64,000 nucleotides of DNA from Octopus sinensis (GCF_006345805.1 NC_043018.1:16926001-16990000), one strand, 5' to 3'; shown: positions 27,300 to 41,253, numbered from the stretch's first letter. Translations and numbers: made by a program. The notes: generated by a model not told the origin, from the letters alone.

Positions 27300-27760
27300 A
27301 TATATAATTTTTTCTTTGTTGAATTCCGTCTCTTTATTGTTGTAAATAATGCACGCGCTCTTCTTCATTCAATGGAGCTCTTCTTTCTTGGTTTCGCGCT
27401 CTTTTCTGCTGTCGGTAATGCACACACTATTTTCCACTCATCGCTGCTCTTCCCTGTCAGTAATTTTCTACTTTACCGGCTGAGGTAATGAGCACGCTCA
27501 TCTTCTTCCATATCCCACCCTTCATCATTAATGCCTTCTTAGTTGTTCTTGAGAGTAATGAACTCGCTTCTCTTCAGTCATGTTTGCTTTCATAACTTGA
27601 TTCCTTTCTCTGCCTCGTTATAAATTCACTACTCGATCCTCTCCTTGTATTGCAGTGGTTCCAGCCTGTTCGCGGTGCCTCTTTCTCCCTAATATCGTCT
27701 CCCTTTTTCTCTCTCTCAGTCGTTGACTGTAGCGTCTTATACTATCTCTTACTTCTGCCA
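27300..27760 (-). pseudogene. Fossil ORF made of 23-aa repeats (STPR-like; possibly a Helitron N-terminus)
   Basis: 69-70-bp periodicity; minus strand gives MTEEKRVHYSQEQLRR, MEEDERAHYLSR, VHYRQQKRARNQERRAPLN, EEERVHYLQQ*RDGIQQRK, with stops and frameshifts. Confidence 0.55.
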
Positions 27761-28470
27761 TCTTTTCTTCGAATTCTTGTGAGGTTTAGCTAATCTAATA
27801 AAGCATAGTCTACTTTCAAACAACACATCAATAGAGTTCAGCGTGTGTTCATATTTTCAATTCAAATATTACATAAATTTAAACTATAAATTTCATCACT
27901 ATTGATATGCAAAAAGGTATATCATATCTATACCTCATATTTTGATTCATTTAGGTTGAATTAGTTTCAGTTTGTATAAATTTCAGTAGAATGCGTTTAA
28001 TTTAAATAGAACTTGCGTAAATAAGAGAAAACTAAGCAGTTTGTCACTTTTAATGTTATTTAATGAACACATTAATTTTTACTCACTAATTCAGTGAAAG
28101 ACTGGCTTCATGTAAGATGTGTAGAACATGTTCACTTTTAATTCCTGCTCTTTTTGATAAATAATACATTTCATTCTTTCTCTTTATAGCTAATGTCGTC
28201 TACGCTTTCCCACAATTAACAAGTAAATGTTTCCATTGAGCAGGTGATAATTACACCAAAGTGCATTTGTTAAGTGAGGGAATTTTATAATGTATGAATA
28301 TGTAAACAAGCAACTGTTTTCGCTGTACAACCGTCAACAAAGCTCATTCCAAGTTATTCATTAATTAAGATTATTTTCATTTCCTTTCATTTCACTTCAG
28401 TTCAGATATATTTGTATATCCTATTAAAATAATTAACTTCCTAACTGCCTTCCTACCTACCAACCTACCT

Positions 28471-28686
28471 ATTTCTTTACTACCCACAAGGGGACAAACA
28501 AGGACAGACAAGCGGATTAAGTCGTTTACATCGACCTCAGTGCGTAACTGGTACTTACTTTATCGACCCCGAAAGGATGAAAGGCAAAGTCGACCTCAGC
28601 GGAATTTGAACTCAGAACGTAACGGCAGACGAAATACCGCTTAGCATTTCGCCCGGAGCGCTAACGATTCTGCCAGCTCGCCGCCT
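28471..28686 (-). mobile_element. SINE family B
   Basis: Full-length match; followed by (CTAC)n. Confidence 0.9.
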
Positions 28687-29240
28687 ACCTACCTACTTAC
28701 CTACCAACCTACCTACCTACCTACCTACCTACCTACCTACCTACCTACTTACTTACTTACCTACCTGTTTGCCTGCTTGCTTCCCTCCTGTCTGTCTAAG
28801 TAGAACTCCCCCTTCTTCCGATGTGTGCATCTGTTTACTTTCAAAATACTGATAAATATTTAAACCTAATAACAAAAGACGTAAAGAATTATGGCAGTGC
28901 CCCAGCAGGGGTTCCTAAAATATAAAAGTGTAACATTGGCAGTTATTTATTAACCAAGGTTATTACGCTTAAGATTATGCATTTATCTTTTAAAACATAA
29001 ATTTATTGATATTCATGAAATTGTTTCGTTGTCATAAACATTTCGATTGTGCCTACGACTGAAACACACAAACGTAGAATAATATAGACTTCTCTCTCCA
29101 TCACTCTTTCTCTCTAATGATATACATTTTCTCTCTCTTTCTTTTTTGTTTTCCTTCTCAATTTTAAAAATAATTCCACTATTTCTGTTACGTTTCCTTC
29201 TTTGCATCCCCTTATCCAACATTTATATATATATACATTT

Positions 29241-29460
29241 CTGGCAGAATCGTTAGCACGCCTGGCGAAATGCGTAGCCGTATTTCGACCGCCGCTACGT
29301 TCTGAGTTCAAATTCCGCCGAGGTCGATTTTGCCTTTCATCCTTTTGGGGTCGATAAATTAAGTACCAGTTTCGCACTGGGGTCGATGTAATCGACTTAA
29401 TCCATTTGTCTGTCTTTGTTTATCTCCTCTGTGTTTAGCCCCTTGTGGGCAGTAAAGAAA
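29241..29460 (+). mobile_element. SINE family B, slightly 5'-truncated
   Basis: Flanked by TATATATACATTTCT on both sides (about 15-bp TSD). Confidence 0.88.
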
Positions 29461-32078
29461 TATATATACATTTCTCCATTTGAATCGCTACCTCCATTCG
29501 TGTAAACGCAACACAGGGACTAAACATACATTGAAATAGGAAAGCGTGGAATAATATGATAGATTTTTACACTATTTGTGTTTCATTCTGGCTGGCCACT
29601 TCGAAATCATTTCGGAACTGGAACAAGCACGTGGCACCAACGAGCAGCAAACTCTACAAGATTTCATAAACGGTAAAAGTGAAAATTATAAATAATATGG
29701 GTGACTAATTCGTAATTTTACAACCTAAAGGTAGAAATATAGACGCTACTGAAGTGATAAAGTGCACAAAACAGTATTACTAGAATAAGAGTCAAAACAA
29801 CTAAATAGCCACGGAAAGCACCATTTTATTGAGCTGCCAACGGAGTCAGTTGAATAAAACAGCATATGAAATTAGCGTATGATTTCAACGGAAATCTTAT
29901 AAACTGTCAAGGCGAGCTGAGTTTAACCCTAGGCGCGGTGACAGCCACTGATGAGTATTAAAATGCAGAAGCATCAAAATGTGAAATCATCCATGATCCG
30001 ACTGTGTCCACCGCTGTATGGAGCTTGCCTCATTCGCCAGTCATCAAAACAGTGCTTTCTGGCGCTATTGAGTTGTTTTAACACTCATTTCTAGCAACGC
30101 TGTTGCAAATGAATACCCTTTGTCATTTTCGTGACGTCTCTCTTACTCCCTAGTCTCCCTAAGTACCACACTTAAGACGAATAAGAAAATAGTGGGGCAG
30201 ATTGTTTTGACTAAAAATCCGAAAGTGACCTATACTTTGACAGTTTGCTTTTCTCAGCCTGACGAGCAGCGGAGAAGGACTGGGAACTGAACACCCCGAG
30301 TTGCAGCTGGAGAAGGTGCCACATCATGCGACATCCTCGATGAGGGTCCTACAGTCACAGAAGGGGGAAATCGGTATACGTCAGGCCTTTTACTGACCCC
30401 TCAATCCAGCCCCGTTGGCTCCAGGAGGGAAGGAAGCGTGCGGCATCTAGGCCATGGTTTATGATTTAGTTAACGGCGGTATGACGTGGAAAGCGACCAT
30501 TGTCATGATGGCATGATGGGGACAAAAGGATCCAAAGTGGATCCGCAGCAGCATTTGTGATGGTCACAAATCTGGAGGCTAAGTTTCAAGGAAACGCTGA
30601 TGCACAGGCAGTTGCTATGAACTGATTGCCAGTCGCGAGTAATGACATCGCATCGATCCAGGCTCTGCATAAAGCATGCTCTTATACCCACAATAAAAAG
30701 AATCATTAATGTTATTTAGCTCTAAACAACTCTTGATCGAGTAGACCGATAATTAAATTTACTATTTTCAGACAATAATATTCATTGCCCTTTTTTAATA
30801 TATGGCGTGAATAAACGTAGAGTTGGCTGTTATTTTTAGATGATATGCACTAACAGATCCTCTTTTGCCGCCATGTTTATATCAGAAGATATCGCAGCAA
30901 GGAATTATCCAGAGAAATACTGTCTAAAAAGGTGGAGATGTTAATGAAGAAGACCATAGTTATAATAATAGGGCAGCCCAGCAAAATTTTTTCCCCTTTC
31001 AAATAGATCACGGGGCGGCAATAATTTACAGATCTTGCGAGTTAGAAGTGACCGCGAAGATTCGAGCAAATATAAATTAAAAGATGGAGGTGAACTGTTT
31101 GTGATATTTGTATTGTATGTTTGCATATTGTGGAAAAGCGCTTCTACCACATGGTTAATGTTTCACTTGAGAAGAATTGCGTTCACATTTAGAGTGTTTA
31201 TATTTAATTCGGAGATCAATGAAAGGTAAACAAGACATCATCATGCATTGTGAAAATTGTAAATACTCGGCATCAACTAACATTTTGCTCTTTTAGCAAG
31301 CAAAGGGAGAGAAATCAGGTGAATTTGTATCTTGTGACTTCCTCATCGATGGATACATTTTAAAAAAAACTTACCACATCACTAATGGAAGAGACTGAGT
31401 ATATGTATATGGTTTAATCAGCAATGGGACGGGTTAAACGTTATTTTAGTAAACATTTCCGTTAATTTTTTATACACAAAATGGGCGCGAAAATGAGAAG
31501 TCACGATTAAGTAAATATTTTGCTGAAACAATAGAAAGGAAAACAGCGATTTGTATGAAAGAGAAATATATTTTAGCTTAGAGTCTTTCGTAACATTTAA
31601 ATAACATTGAACAAGTGTAGAAAGACAGGGTAAAAGACAGCGAGAGAGAGGGGGCAGAGAAGGAGAGGGGAGAAAAGGAGGGAGAGAAATAGAGAGTTAA
31701 AGGTTGGAAGAGATAGAGAAAACAGCAATCGAATAATTTAACGATGTTATCTCGTATTAGAAAGCATTATTAGGGAAATAATAGCTTGATGGATGGGTAG
31801 ATGGATGGATGGAATTTGTAATGATGATGTGGGTGTCGATATCTGACTTACTATTGTTTCAACTATAAAACTCCTTGGGCCATATACTGTCGCACACAAT
31901 AAATAGTTTTTCATTTTCAAAGCCGGCGTCATGAATTACCTTCGGGAAGAGAATATTGCCCGTCGGCGATCGAAGCTAATCTTCGTTTTTATATTTTTAA
32001 GCATCTATAAACGACTTCGATGACGAAAGTTCACGACAGTATATATACATATATGCATACATATATACATACATACAG

Positions 32079-32126
<48 letters not shown>

Positions 32127-32194
32127 ATGTGTATATATATGTACATATATACATATACATATACATATATGTATATATATATACATATACACAC

Positions 32195-32248
<54 letters not shown>

Positions 32249-32631
32249 GCATATACACACATATGCAGATGTAGCTGTGAAATGCTGCAACAATTCTTAT
32301 TAATTATTGTATTATTTCTTTCCAGGTAAACAGACATGACTATTCAAAAACAAAACAAAAATTCAAAAGTAACTCGTTGTGACCTTGAAATTGAGCAAAA
32401 TTTGGTATCGTTCTGCTATCAGACTCCTTGTAGAAAAAGGGTTCATCCCCCAACGACAGCCATGCAAATATGACGCTTCAGCTTTATCAATAGTGCAAAA
32501 TTAGGTCCCTGAATTTAGAAAAGGAGAGAGAATTCTGAAGTGATTCCTTTTTGCATCCATAAATTTTCCTCTACCTTCTTAAAAGTGTATAGGAATAAAA
32601 AAAAGTTGTGGCAAGTAAATAATTTAGCTCC

Positions 32632-33013
32632 TGGAAGGACTCCGTCGGTTACCACGACGAGGGTTCCGGTTGATCCGATCAACGGAACAGCCTGCTCGTG
32701 AAATTAACGTGTAAGTGGCTGAGCACTCCACAGACACGTGTACCCTTAACGCAGTTCTCGGGGATATTCAGCGTGACACAGAGAGTGACAAGGCCGGCCC
32801 TTTGAAATACAGGCACAACAGAAACAGGAAGTAAGAGTGAGAGAAAGTTGTGGTGAAAGAGTACAGCAGGGATCACCACCATCCCTGCCGGAGCATCGTG
32901 GAGCTTTAGGTGATTTCGCTCAATAAATACTCACAACGCCCGGTCTGGGAATCGAAACCGCGATCCTACGACCACGAGTCCGCTGCCCTAACCACTGGGC
33001 TATTGCGCCTCCA
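32632..33013 (-). mobile_element. SINE family C
   Basis: Reverse complement of the 7406 copy; 12-bp TSD AATTTAGCTCCT at 32621-32632 and 33015-33026. Confidence 0.92.
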
Positions 33014-33894
33014 CAATTTAGCTCCTACAGAGAATTGGAATCGTCGAGGTTGAATTTAATTCAATACAGCCATTTATATAGATAATATATAGATATAGGT
33101 TTTCTTTTAGGCTAGATATAGATCACTCTTTTTTTTCATTTTTTAAATTTTCTAAAATAATTAAAAAAAAATTTCATTAATACGAAACCACGCAATATTG
33201 CATTAGGTTTGGTTAAGGAGGTTTCGCCCTGGTACGTGATGTGTGTTTCTTTATTTTTCCCCTGACGAGAGAGTAATTATCGTGATGCACCTACGTGCAT
33301 TAAATACAGTGATGAACCCCTGAAATGGCCATAGGGAATGTAAATATGGTTTCTTCTTTTTTGCTTGGACACTGGCTTTTAACAATAGGTTTCCCTTATC
33401 TTGAAAATTAATTTTTAATCGAAAAACTTTCTAAACGATGAACTTTTATCTTACCTTATATGTTATTTATTTATATGTTTCCTATAAATATGTATTTTTA
33501 TATATCTATATATCTATATATTTCTTTATATCTTTATGTATTTATTATTCTAGATGTTGTAATGTTTAAAAAATATATATATTTTTAGTCGCTAAAGTAT
33601 TAATCATTAACTTTTAACCGCGATAAACTGTATTCACACATTTTTCTTATATTTTTCTTATCTGCTTGTATTGATGAGTTGTTTTTCATCTTCCGTGATT
33701 TTATACATGTATATTCTATGTGAAAGAAAAAGCATTATGTGATTAAATGTTCGAGATTTGAAATGCTACGTGGATGACCTGATATTTGTTTGTTCTGCAA
33801 CCATAGTTTACTATATTTGTCTCATTTTATTGAGCACATCTATAGCAGTCCTATTAAACAGTTTGTTCCTGATAAGAAACAATCACTTTATTAT

Positions 33895-33937
<43 letters not shown>

Positions 33938-34174
33938 ATATATATATTTATTTATTGAAATGGATAAATGAATTATCTTGTTACTGATTATTCAAAATTT
34001 AACCGATACCTGGGTAGCAAAAATCACAACAGAAAAAACACGGTTGAAGTTACGACCATGGGGTGTCGCAACCGTGCCTTAGCGCGGATGGAAATTTGCG
34101 GCCTTTGAAACATGTGTAGAAAATAATAAAAGGAATTCTGTAGAATCTTCGTTCAGCTCCATTTCTTCCCTTCA

Positions 34175-34218
<44 letters not shown>

Positions 34219-34799
34219 TACATGTATATTGGTATGTATATATATATATATATATATGTATATACATGTATATTGGTATGTATATCTATATATATATATA
34301 TAATATATATATACATATATATATGTGTGCGTTCTTGTGTGTGTGCGCGCGCGAATTTCTGACTGTATGTATATATACATATATAGGCATATGCGCATAT
34401 ATACATGTATATACATACATGCATACTCAAAGATGCGGGTACACATTAAATTCCTGACTAAGAGGACTTTCCCCATTTTCTTTACTGAAGATTTCATCTA
34501 CGAAAATTAGAATGAAAGAAAGATTTGTGTAATAAATTGAAATTTGGATAATGAGGGACAGTGGTGGTCCCTTGCCGAAACCCTGTTGCAGAGGGCCTTT
34601 CATTTTGCGTTGATGACGTGTATGATAAAGGGCTCGTGAAATTGGGAAACGAAGGGGATTAACTGACCTTTGAATGTGGAGAGTGAAGACTACTGTCAGA
34701 TGCGAAATAATGGGATGTAAGAAGGTCGTTGGTTGAGAATGAAAGAAGAGTGAAGATGTAGAGAAGAGATGAGAGAGATGGAGGAGAATAATAATGATA

Positions 34800-34830
<31 letters not shown>

Positions 34831-34861
34831 TAATAATAATATAATAATAATAATAATAATA

Positions 34862-37800
34862 TATAAGACACCGGGGACGGGAAGACACCGGGGACGTTTA
34901 AGATGTAAGAAGGAAAATACAGAGCTCCGAAATCTATCCACAAACATCGAAAACAAGGACACCCTATGGAGCCAAAGATTTACTAACAAAGAATTGGACT
35001 ATATCCGAGTAAGTAATACTAATTGAAATTTATTACTATTTCCGAAACGAAATGATGTATTTTGACTCGATATTATCTCCACCTCTAACACAACACATGT
35101 AAACATGCGTTGAACAACACGATCATCCCCGACCTCAAACACCATGTACAAAGGAACTACGAAGAAATTAAATGCCACCGATACTATTCAACCCAAGAAT
35201 AACAATCGAGCGGTACGTACATTAAACCTACAACAAAAAATGTACGAAAAACTACACGTGCCAAATAATGTGACAACAGAAATAAACGGACCGGTACCCT
35301 ACGAAAATGACGACCGTCAAAATAATGGGCCGGACGTTGTACCTCATGTCCCGCAATTAAAACCCAAAAGCCGTAAATGGACACGTGAGGAATACATTTC
35401 TATCTTACACGCATACTTCATAGCAATGCTCTACCCACAAAATAAAAATACAACAACACATACATATAAAATATGGAAGGAAAATAATAGAGATATAGAC
35501 TTGGATACAGCAATGAACCCTAATAAATTAGCTAACGTACGAAGATACATTCTCAAAGCCAAAAAAATATCAGAAATAGAAATAGAACATTTAAAAGAAA
35601 AAATACACCAGGAAAATGTTGATAGAAGCCACACAACAATGCCCAATAATATAAACACTGAAACTGTAAAGCACGAAGACAAACGCAACATTCCCAACAA
35701 ACACGATGTAAACAACGAAGGGGAGCCTAATGATTATGATAATATAAAAAATAAAATAATCAAAGAACTGAAAACCACAGAGCCCAAAATGGACCACCGA
35801 CCATACCTCCCAAGAATAAAAATAACGCAATAACAACACCAATTATAAACAACATAAACCTAGCCGTCACTGAACTAGCCACTGAAACAAAAAAAAGTGA
35901 TATCACTGAACTAAATGACTTGATATACGCAGCAGCCACTGCAGCCACAAAAGAAGCTGGATACTCACCCAAACCCGCCCAAACAGGAGTACCACCACCC
36001 AAACAAACCCTGTGGATAAATAACATCCAAAACAAAATTTAAAAAATTAGAAAAGACCTGTCGATTCTTAATGAAATCAGCAAACAAGCAACGCTACTAA
36101 GCAACAAAAAGAGAACAAAAATGCTCCGCAAATATAACATCACAGAAAAAGATTTGCGGAGATAAAAGAAAAGCTGAAGCAAGATATCCTTGCCAAAGCT
36201 CAAAGGATCCGCCGGTACGAGAAACGCCAACGCTTCTTTGAACAGAACAAAAAGTTCAACTCCGACCCCAAAAAGTTCTACCAAGAACTGGGCAAAAATA
36301 AAATAGAAGTCACTGCAGCACCAACGGCAGAAGAATTGGAAGAATTCTGGAGAGAAATATGGTCGGCGAACGAACAGCCAAAAAAAAGGAGTATGAAAAT
36401 AACAAACTCGGCATCTGAACAACTTTGGACCCCCATAACAACTGAAGAGGTCACCTAGGCACTGCAAAAACTAAGCAACTGGAAGGCACCTGGGCATGAC
36501 AAGATCCCCAACTTCTGGTTGAAATATCTAACAGGAATGCACAAAAAGCTGGCTGAAAACTTTAACAGCATACTAGCAGAGCCAGAAACAATGCCTGAAT
36601 GGCTCACGAAGGGGAAAACCATCTTAATTCCCAAATCAAATGAAACAACAAAACCAGAAAACTACAGACCAATAACCTGCCTCCCTACTATGTTCAAGGC
36701 ATTTACTGCAGTGATATCGCAAAGGCTGAACAAGCACCTGGACGAAAACAAACTGTTCCCAGAAGAGCAGAAAGGATGCCGCAAGGGCTCATATGACTGT
36801 AAAGATCAACTAATGATTAATAAAGCCGTAACTGAAGACAGCCACAGAAAGAAGAAAGGCCTCAGTATGGCCTGGATTGACTACAAAAAGGCGTTTGATA
36901 GCATCCCCCACACATGGATCCTCGAAACACTAGCCATTAACAAAGTAGCACCAACAATCATAAAATTCATAGAGCACTCTATGAATAAATGGCAAACAGT
37001 CCTACACCTCCAAACAAAAGAGGGACTCATGAAAACCAAAGACATCCCCATTAGAAGAGGAATATTCCAGGGAGACACGCTCTCTCCACTCCTTTTCTGC
37101 TTGGCACTGTCACCTCTATCTGATATGCTAAATAGAACTGGATGCGGATATAAATGTTACGGCAAAACGATCAGCCACCTTTTATATATGGATGACCTAA
37201 AACTATACGCTGCAAATGACAAACACCTGGAAACACTATTAAAGACAGTTCATGGATTTACCAAAGAAATAGATATGAATTTTGGATTAGAAAAATGCGC
37301 CAAAGTAACCATGAAAAGAGGAAAACTAGTTAAGAGCAACAACATCACACTAGATAAAACCAATGAAATAAAAGAATTAGACCAAAGCCAAACTTACAAA
37401 TACTTAGGAATCCATGAACTAGATAAGACACAACACACACAAATGAAAGAGAAAATAAAAAAAGAATATTATAGACGAGTTAGATCAATACTAAAAACAG
37501 AGCTCAATGCTAAAAACAAGATAATAGGTATCAACACTTTAGCTGTCCCAGTTATAAGTTACAGCTACAATATCCTTAACTGGACACGAAATGAACTGTC
37601 CAAAATAGATAGGAAAACAAGAAAAATACTGACAGGATCTAGGATGCATCACCCAGAATCTGACATAGAAAGACTATATATACAACGTATGGAAGGAGGT
37701 AGAGGTCTTATACAGCTGGAAAACTACTATAAAATAACCACCATAGGACTGCAAAAATACCTACTTCAGAAGGAAGGAAAATTGATCCAAATAGCAGCAA

Positions 37801-38842
37801 AACACGAGCAAAAAAAAAAATGTTCTCAGTATTTAAGGAAGCTGACAAATACAAACAAGAAATCATACCACCTAATAAACACAAAGAAGAAGAAGAAGAT
37901 GATGAAGAAACAACAAAAGCTATAAAACAAATGAAATTCAAACTAAAAATAGGACAGCAACGAGCCATGATAAAACGATGGCAAGAAAAGCCCCTTCATG
38001 GTAAATACTGGACTAAACTAAACGCAAAAGAAATAGACAAAGAAAAATCCCAGCAATGGTTCAGAAGCTCAGGACTCAAAGCAGAAACAGAGGGATTTTT
38101 AATTGCAGCACAAGACCAAAGCCTCCCCACCAGAAATTACCAAAAACATGTAATGAATAGAAATATTACAAGTAACTGCAGAATATGTGGAGATGGACAA
38201 GAAACAATAAATCATATTATCTCTAGCTGCCCAGTCCTGGCTAAGAAGGAATATATTCACAGACATGACAGAGTTGGAACCTACATACATTGGAAGCTAT
38301 GCCAACATTATGGAATAACAACAGAAAAAAGATGGTATAGGCACATACCAGAAAAGGTCACAGAAAACGAGAAAGCAACCATACTCTGGGATATGCCGAT
38401 ACACACAGATAGAGAAATTAAGGCTAACAGACCAGATATAGTTGTCAGAGATCATGAAGAAAAAAAATGCTTTCTAATTGATGTATCAATACCGGCAGAT
38501 GACAACGTGTCTCTAAAAGAAATGGAGAAACTCTCAAAATACAAAGACCTGGAAATAGAGATAACTAGAATGTGGAACCTGAAAACAGAAACAATTCCTA
38601 TCATAGTAGGTGCATTAGGCATGATTAAAAAATATTCAGACAAATACATAACAAAAACACCAGGACTTACAAACACATATAACATACAGAAAATTGCACT
38701 ACTAGGCACTGCACACATCCTACGCAGAACACTTTCCATACAATAACCATCAGAGCATCACAACAAATCACAGCACATACCAAGGCACACAGAGCTGCGC
38801 TCGGTAGTGAAGTGAAAGCACGCTATAAAAATAAAACTACTG
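34862..38842 (+). mobile_element. Near full-length Dong/R4-clade non-LTR retrotransposon inserted in (TAA)n
   Basis: 5' UTR, single long ORF (N-terminal RKWTREE block, IYAAA, RT, CCHC knuckle, RHD, PD..D..K endonuclease), short 3' UTR, TAA tracts on both sides. Confidence 0.95.
35144..38746 (+). pseudogene. RT / restriction-like endonuclease polyprotein of the R4 element, disrupted
   Basis: Motifs NYRPITCL, EQKGCR, WIDYKKAFDSIPH, GIFQGDTLSP, YMDD, FGLEKC, YKYLG, CRICGDGQETINHIISSC, RHD, RPDIV..IDVSIP..EKLSKY. Lesions: frameshifts near 35830, 36158 and 37820 (A11 run); stops TAA at 36040 and TAG at 36456. Confidence 0.93.
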
Positions 38843-38858
38843 AATAATAATAATAATA

Positions 38859-38911
<53 letters not shown>

Positions 38912-38946
38912 TAAATGCATGGTGTAAATATAGTAATAAGTGAAAG

Positions 38947-39362
38947 AGGAGTGGCTGTGTGGTAAGTAGCTTGTCTACCAACCACATGGTTGCGGGTTCA
39001 GTCCCACTTCGTGGCACCTTGGGCAAGTGTCTTCTGCTATAGCCTCGGGCCGACCAAAGCCTTGTGTGTGGATTTGGTAGACGGAAACTGAAAGAAGCCT
39101 GTCGTACATATGTATATATATATATATATGTGTGTGTGTGTTTGTGTGTCTGTGTTTGTCCCCCTAGCATTGCCTGACAACCGATGCTGGTGTGTTTATG
39201 TCCCCGTCACTTAGCGGTTCGGCAAAAAGAGACCGATAGAATAAGTACTGGGCTTACAAAAAGAATAAGTCCCCGGGGTCGAGTTGCTCGACTAAAGGCG
39301 GTCGGTGCTCCAGCATGGCCGCAGTCAAATGACTGAAACAGGTAAAAGAATAAAAGAAAGAA
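38947..39362 (+). mobile_element. SINE family A
   Basis: Near full-length match. Confidence 0.9.
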
Positions 39363-39636
39363 AAGAATATGCAATTCACAAATAAATAATACTTATTATG
39401 GCCGTCATCGTCTTCGTTTTCGTCGGTCATCCATAAACACTGAACCAAAAATACTATTAAATTATTAAATTTGATTTTGATTTGAACTAATGGAATGTGT
39501 AAAAGCTTTTAAATATGTAAAATTGATATTCACTTAAGACCTGGAAAACTAAATAAATGAATAATTAGTAGATAAATGAGTAAATGGATTTTATTCCAAT
39601 GATTTTTTTTTACTCTTATGATCACCACAATCACCA

Positions 39637-40100
39637 TCGTGTAATAATAATCGTGTAATAATCGTGTAATAATCGTGTAATAATCGTGTAATCGTGTAAT
39701 AATCGTGTAATAATAATCGTGTAATAATCGTGTAATAATAATCGTGTAATAATCGTGTAATCGTGTAGTAATCGTGCAATAATCGTGTAATAATCGTGTA
39801 ATCGTGTAATAATCGTGTAATAATAATCGTGTAATAATCGTGTAATCGTGCAATAATCGTGTAATAATCGTGTAATAATCGTGTAATCGTGTAATAATCG
39901 TGTAATAATAATCGTGTAATAATCGTGTAATAATCGTGTGATCGTGTAATAATCGTGTAATAATCGTGTAATAATCGTGTAATCGTGTAATAATCGTGTA
40001 ATAATAATCGTGTAATAATCGTGTAATCGTGCAATAATCGTGTAATAATCGTGTAATAATCGTGTAATAATAATCGTGTAATAATCGTGTAATAATAATT
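39637..40100. repeat. Variable-unit minisatellite TCGTG(TAA)1-3, about 42 units
   Basis: Units of 8, 11 and 14 bp read directly. Confidence 0.95.
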
Positions 40101-40200
40101 GTGGGATGAGTAAGATAAATACATAATTACACCAGGAAAAACAATATCGGTTAATGATTCTGTTTCACTTACCACATAAACATTAGCGTCATGGCATTCC

Positions 40201-40404
40201 TACTCTTTTACTTGTTTCAGTCATTTGACTGCGGCCGTGCTGGAGCACCGCCTTTAGTCGAGCAAATCGACCCCGGAACTTATTCTTTTGTAAGCCCAGT
40301 ACTTATTCTATCGGTCTCTTTTGCCGAACCGCTAAGTAACGGGGACGTAAACACACCAGCATCGGTTGTCAAGCAATGCTAGGGGGACAAACACAGACAC
40401 ACAA

Positions 40405-40439
<35 letters not shown>

Positions 40440-40612
40440 CATATATACGACAGGCTTCTATCAGTTTCTGTCTCCCAAATCCACTCACAAGGCATTGGTC
40501 GGCCCGGGGCTATAGCAGAAGACACTTGCCCAAGATGCCACGCAGTGGGACTGAACCCGGAACCATGTGGTTGTTTAGCAAGCTACTTACCACACAGCCA
40601 CTCCTGCGCCTA
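40201..40612 (-). mobile_element. SINE family A
   Basis: Full-length match. Confidence 0.92.
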
Positions 40613-40830
40613 TGGATAATTATTCCTATGGATAATTGGGAGACTTTTGAATCAGGAAAAATCGCAATGAAATTTCAATTTATAGCGAAAGCAGTTACAA
40701 AATTATTTCAAACAATTCAGGGAATGGTATTTTAAAAAAATAATTTAAGATTTCATAAATTAAATCCTAAAGTAAAATTAATTTATTTTAATCTTAAATG
40801 AAAATATTTTCACGTTGTTTTTTAAAGAAA

Positions 40831-41002
40831 GCGCAGGATTGGCTGTGTTGTAAGTAGCTTGCTTACCAACCACATGGTTCCGGGTTCAGTCCCACTGCGT
40901 GGCACCCTGGGCAAGTGTCTTCTGCTATAGCCTCGGGCCGACCAATGCTTTGTGAGTGGATTTGGTAGACGGAAACTGAAAGAAGCCTGTCGTATATATA
41001 GG

Positions 41003-41035
<33 letters not shown>

Positions 41036-41253
41036 TTGTGTGTCTGTGTTTGTCCCCCTAGCATTGCTTGACAACCGATGCTGGTGTGTTTACATCCCCG
41101 TCACTTAGCGGTTCGGCAAAAGAGACCCATATAATAAGTACTGGGCTTACAAAAGAATAAGTCCCGGGGTCGAGTTGCTCGATTAAAGGCGGTGCTCCAG
41201 CATGGCCGCAGTCAAATGGCTGAAACAAGTAAAAGAGTAAAGGGTAAAGAGTA
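40831..41253 (+). mobile_element. SINE family A flanked by an 83-bp direct repeat
   Basis: Full-length match; flanks at 40750-40832 and 41253-41335. Confidence 0.92.

Noticed and set aside
33758-33860. YVDD in MKCYVDDLIF as an RT active site
   Set aside because: No flanking RT motifs in any frame; a 4-residue match is expected by chance.
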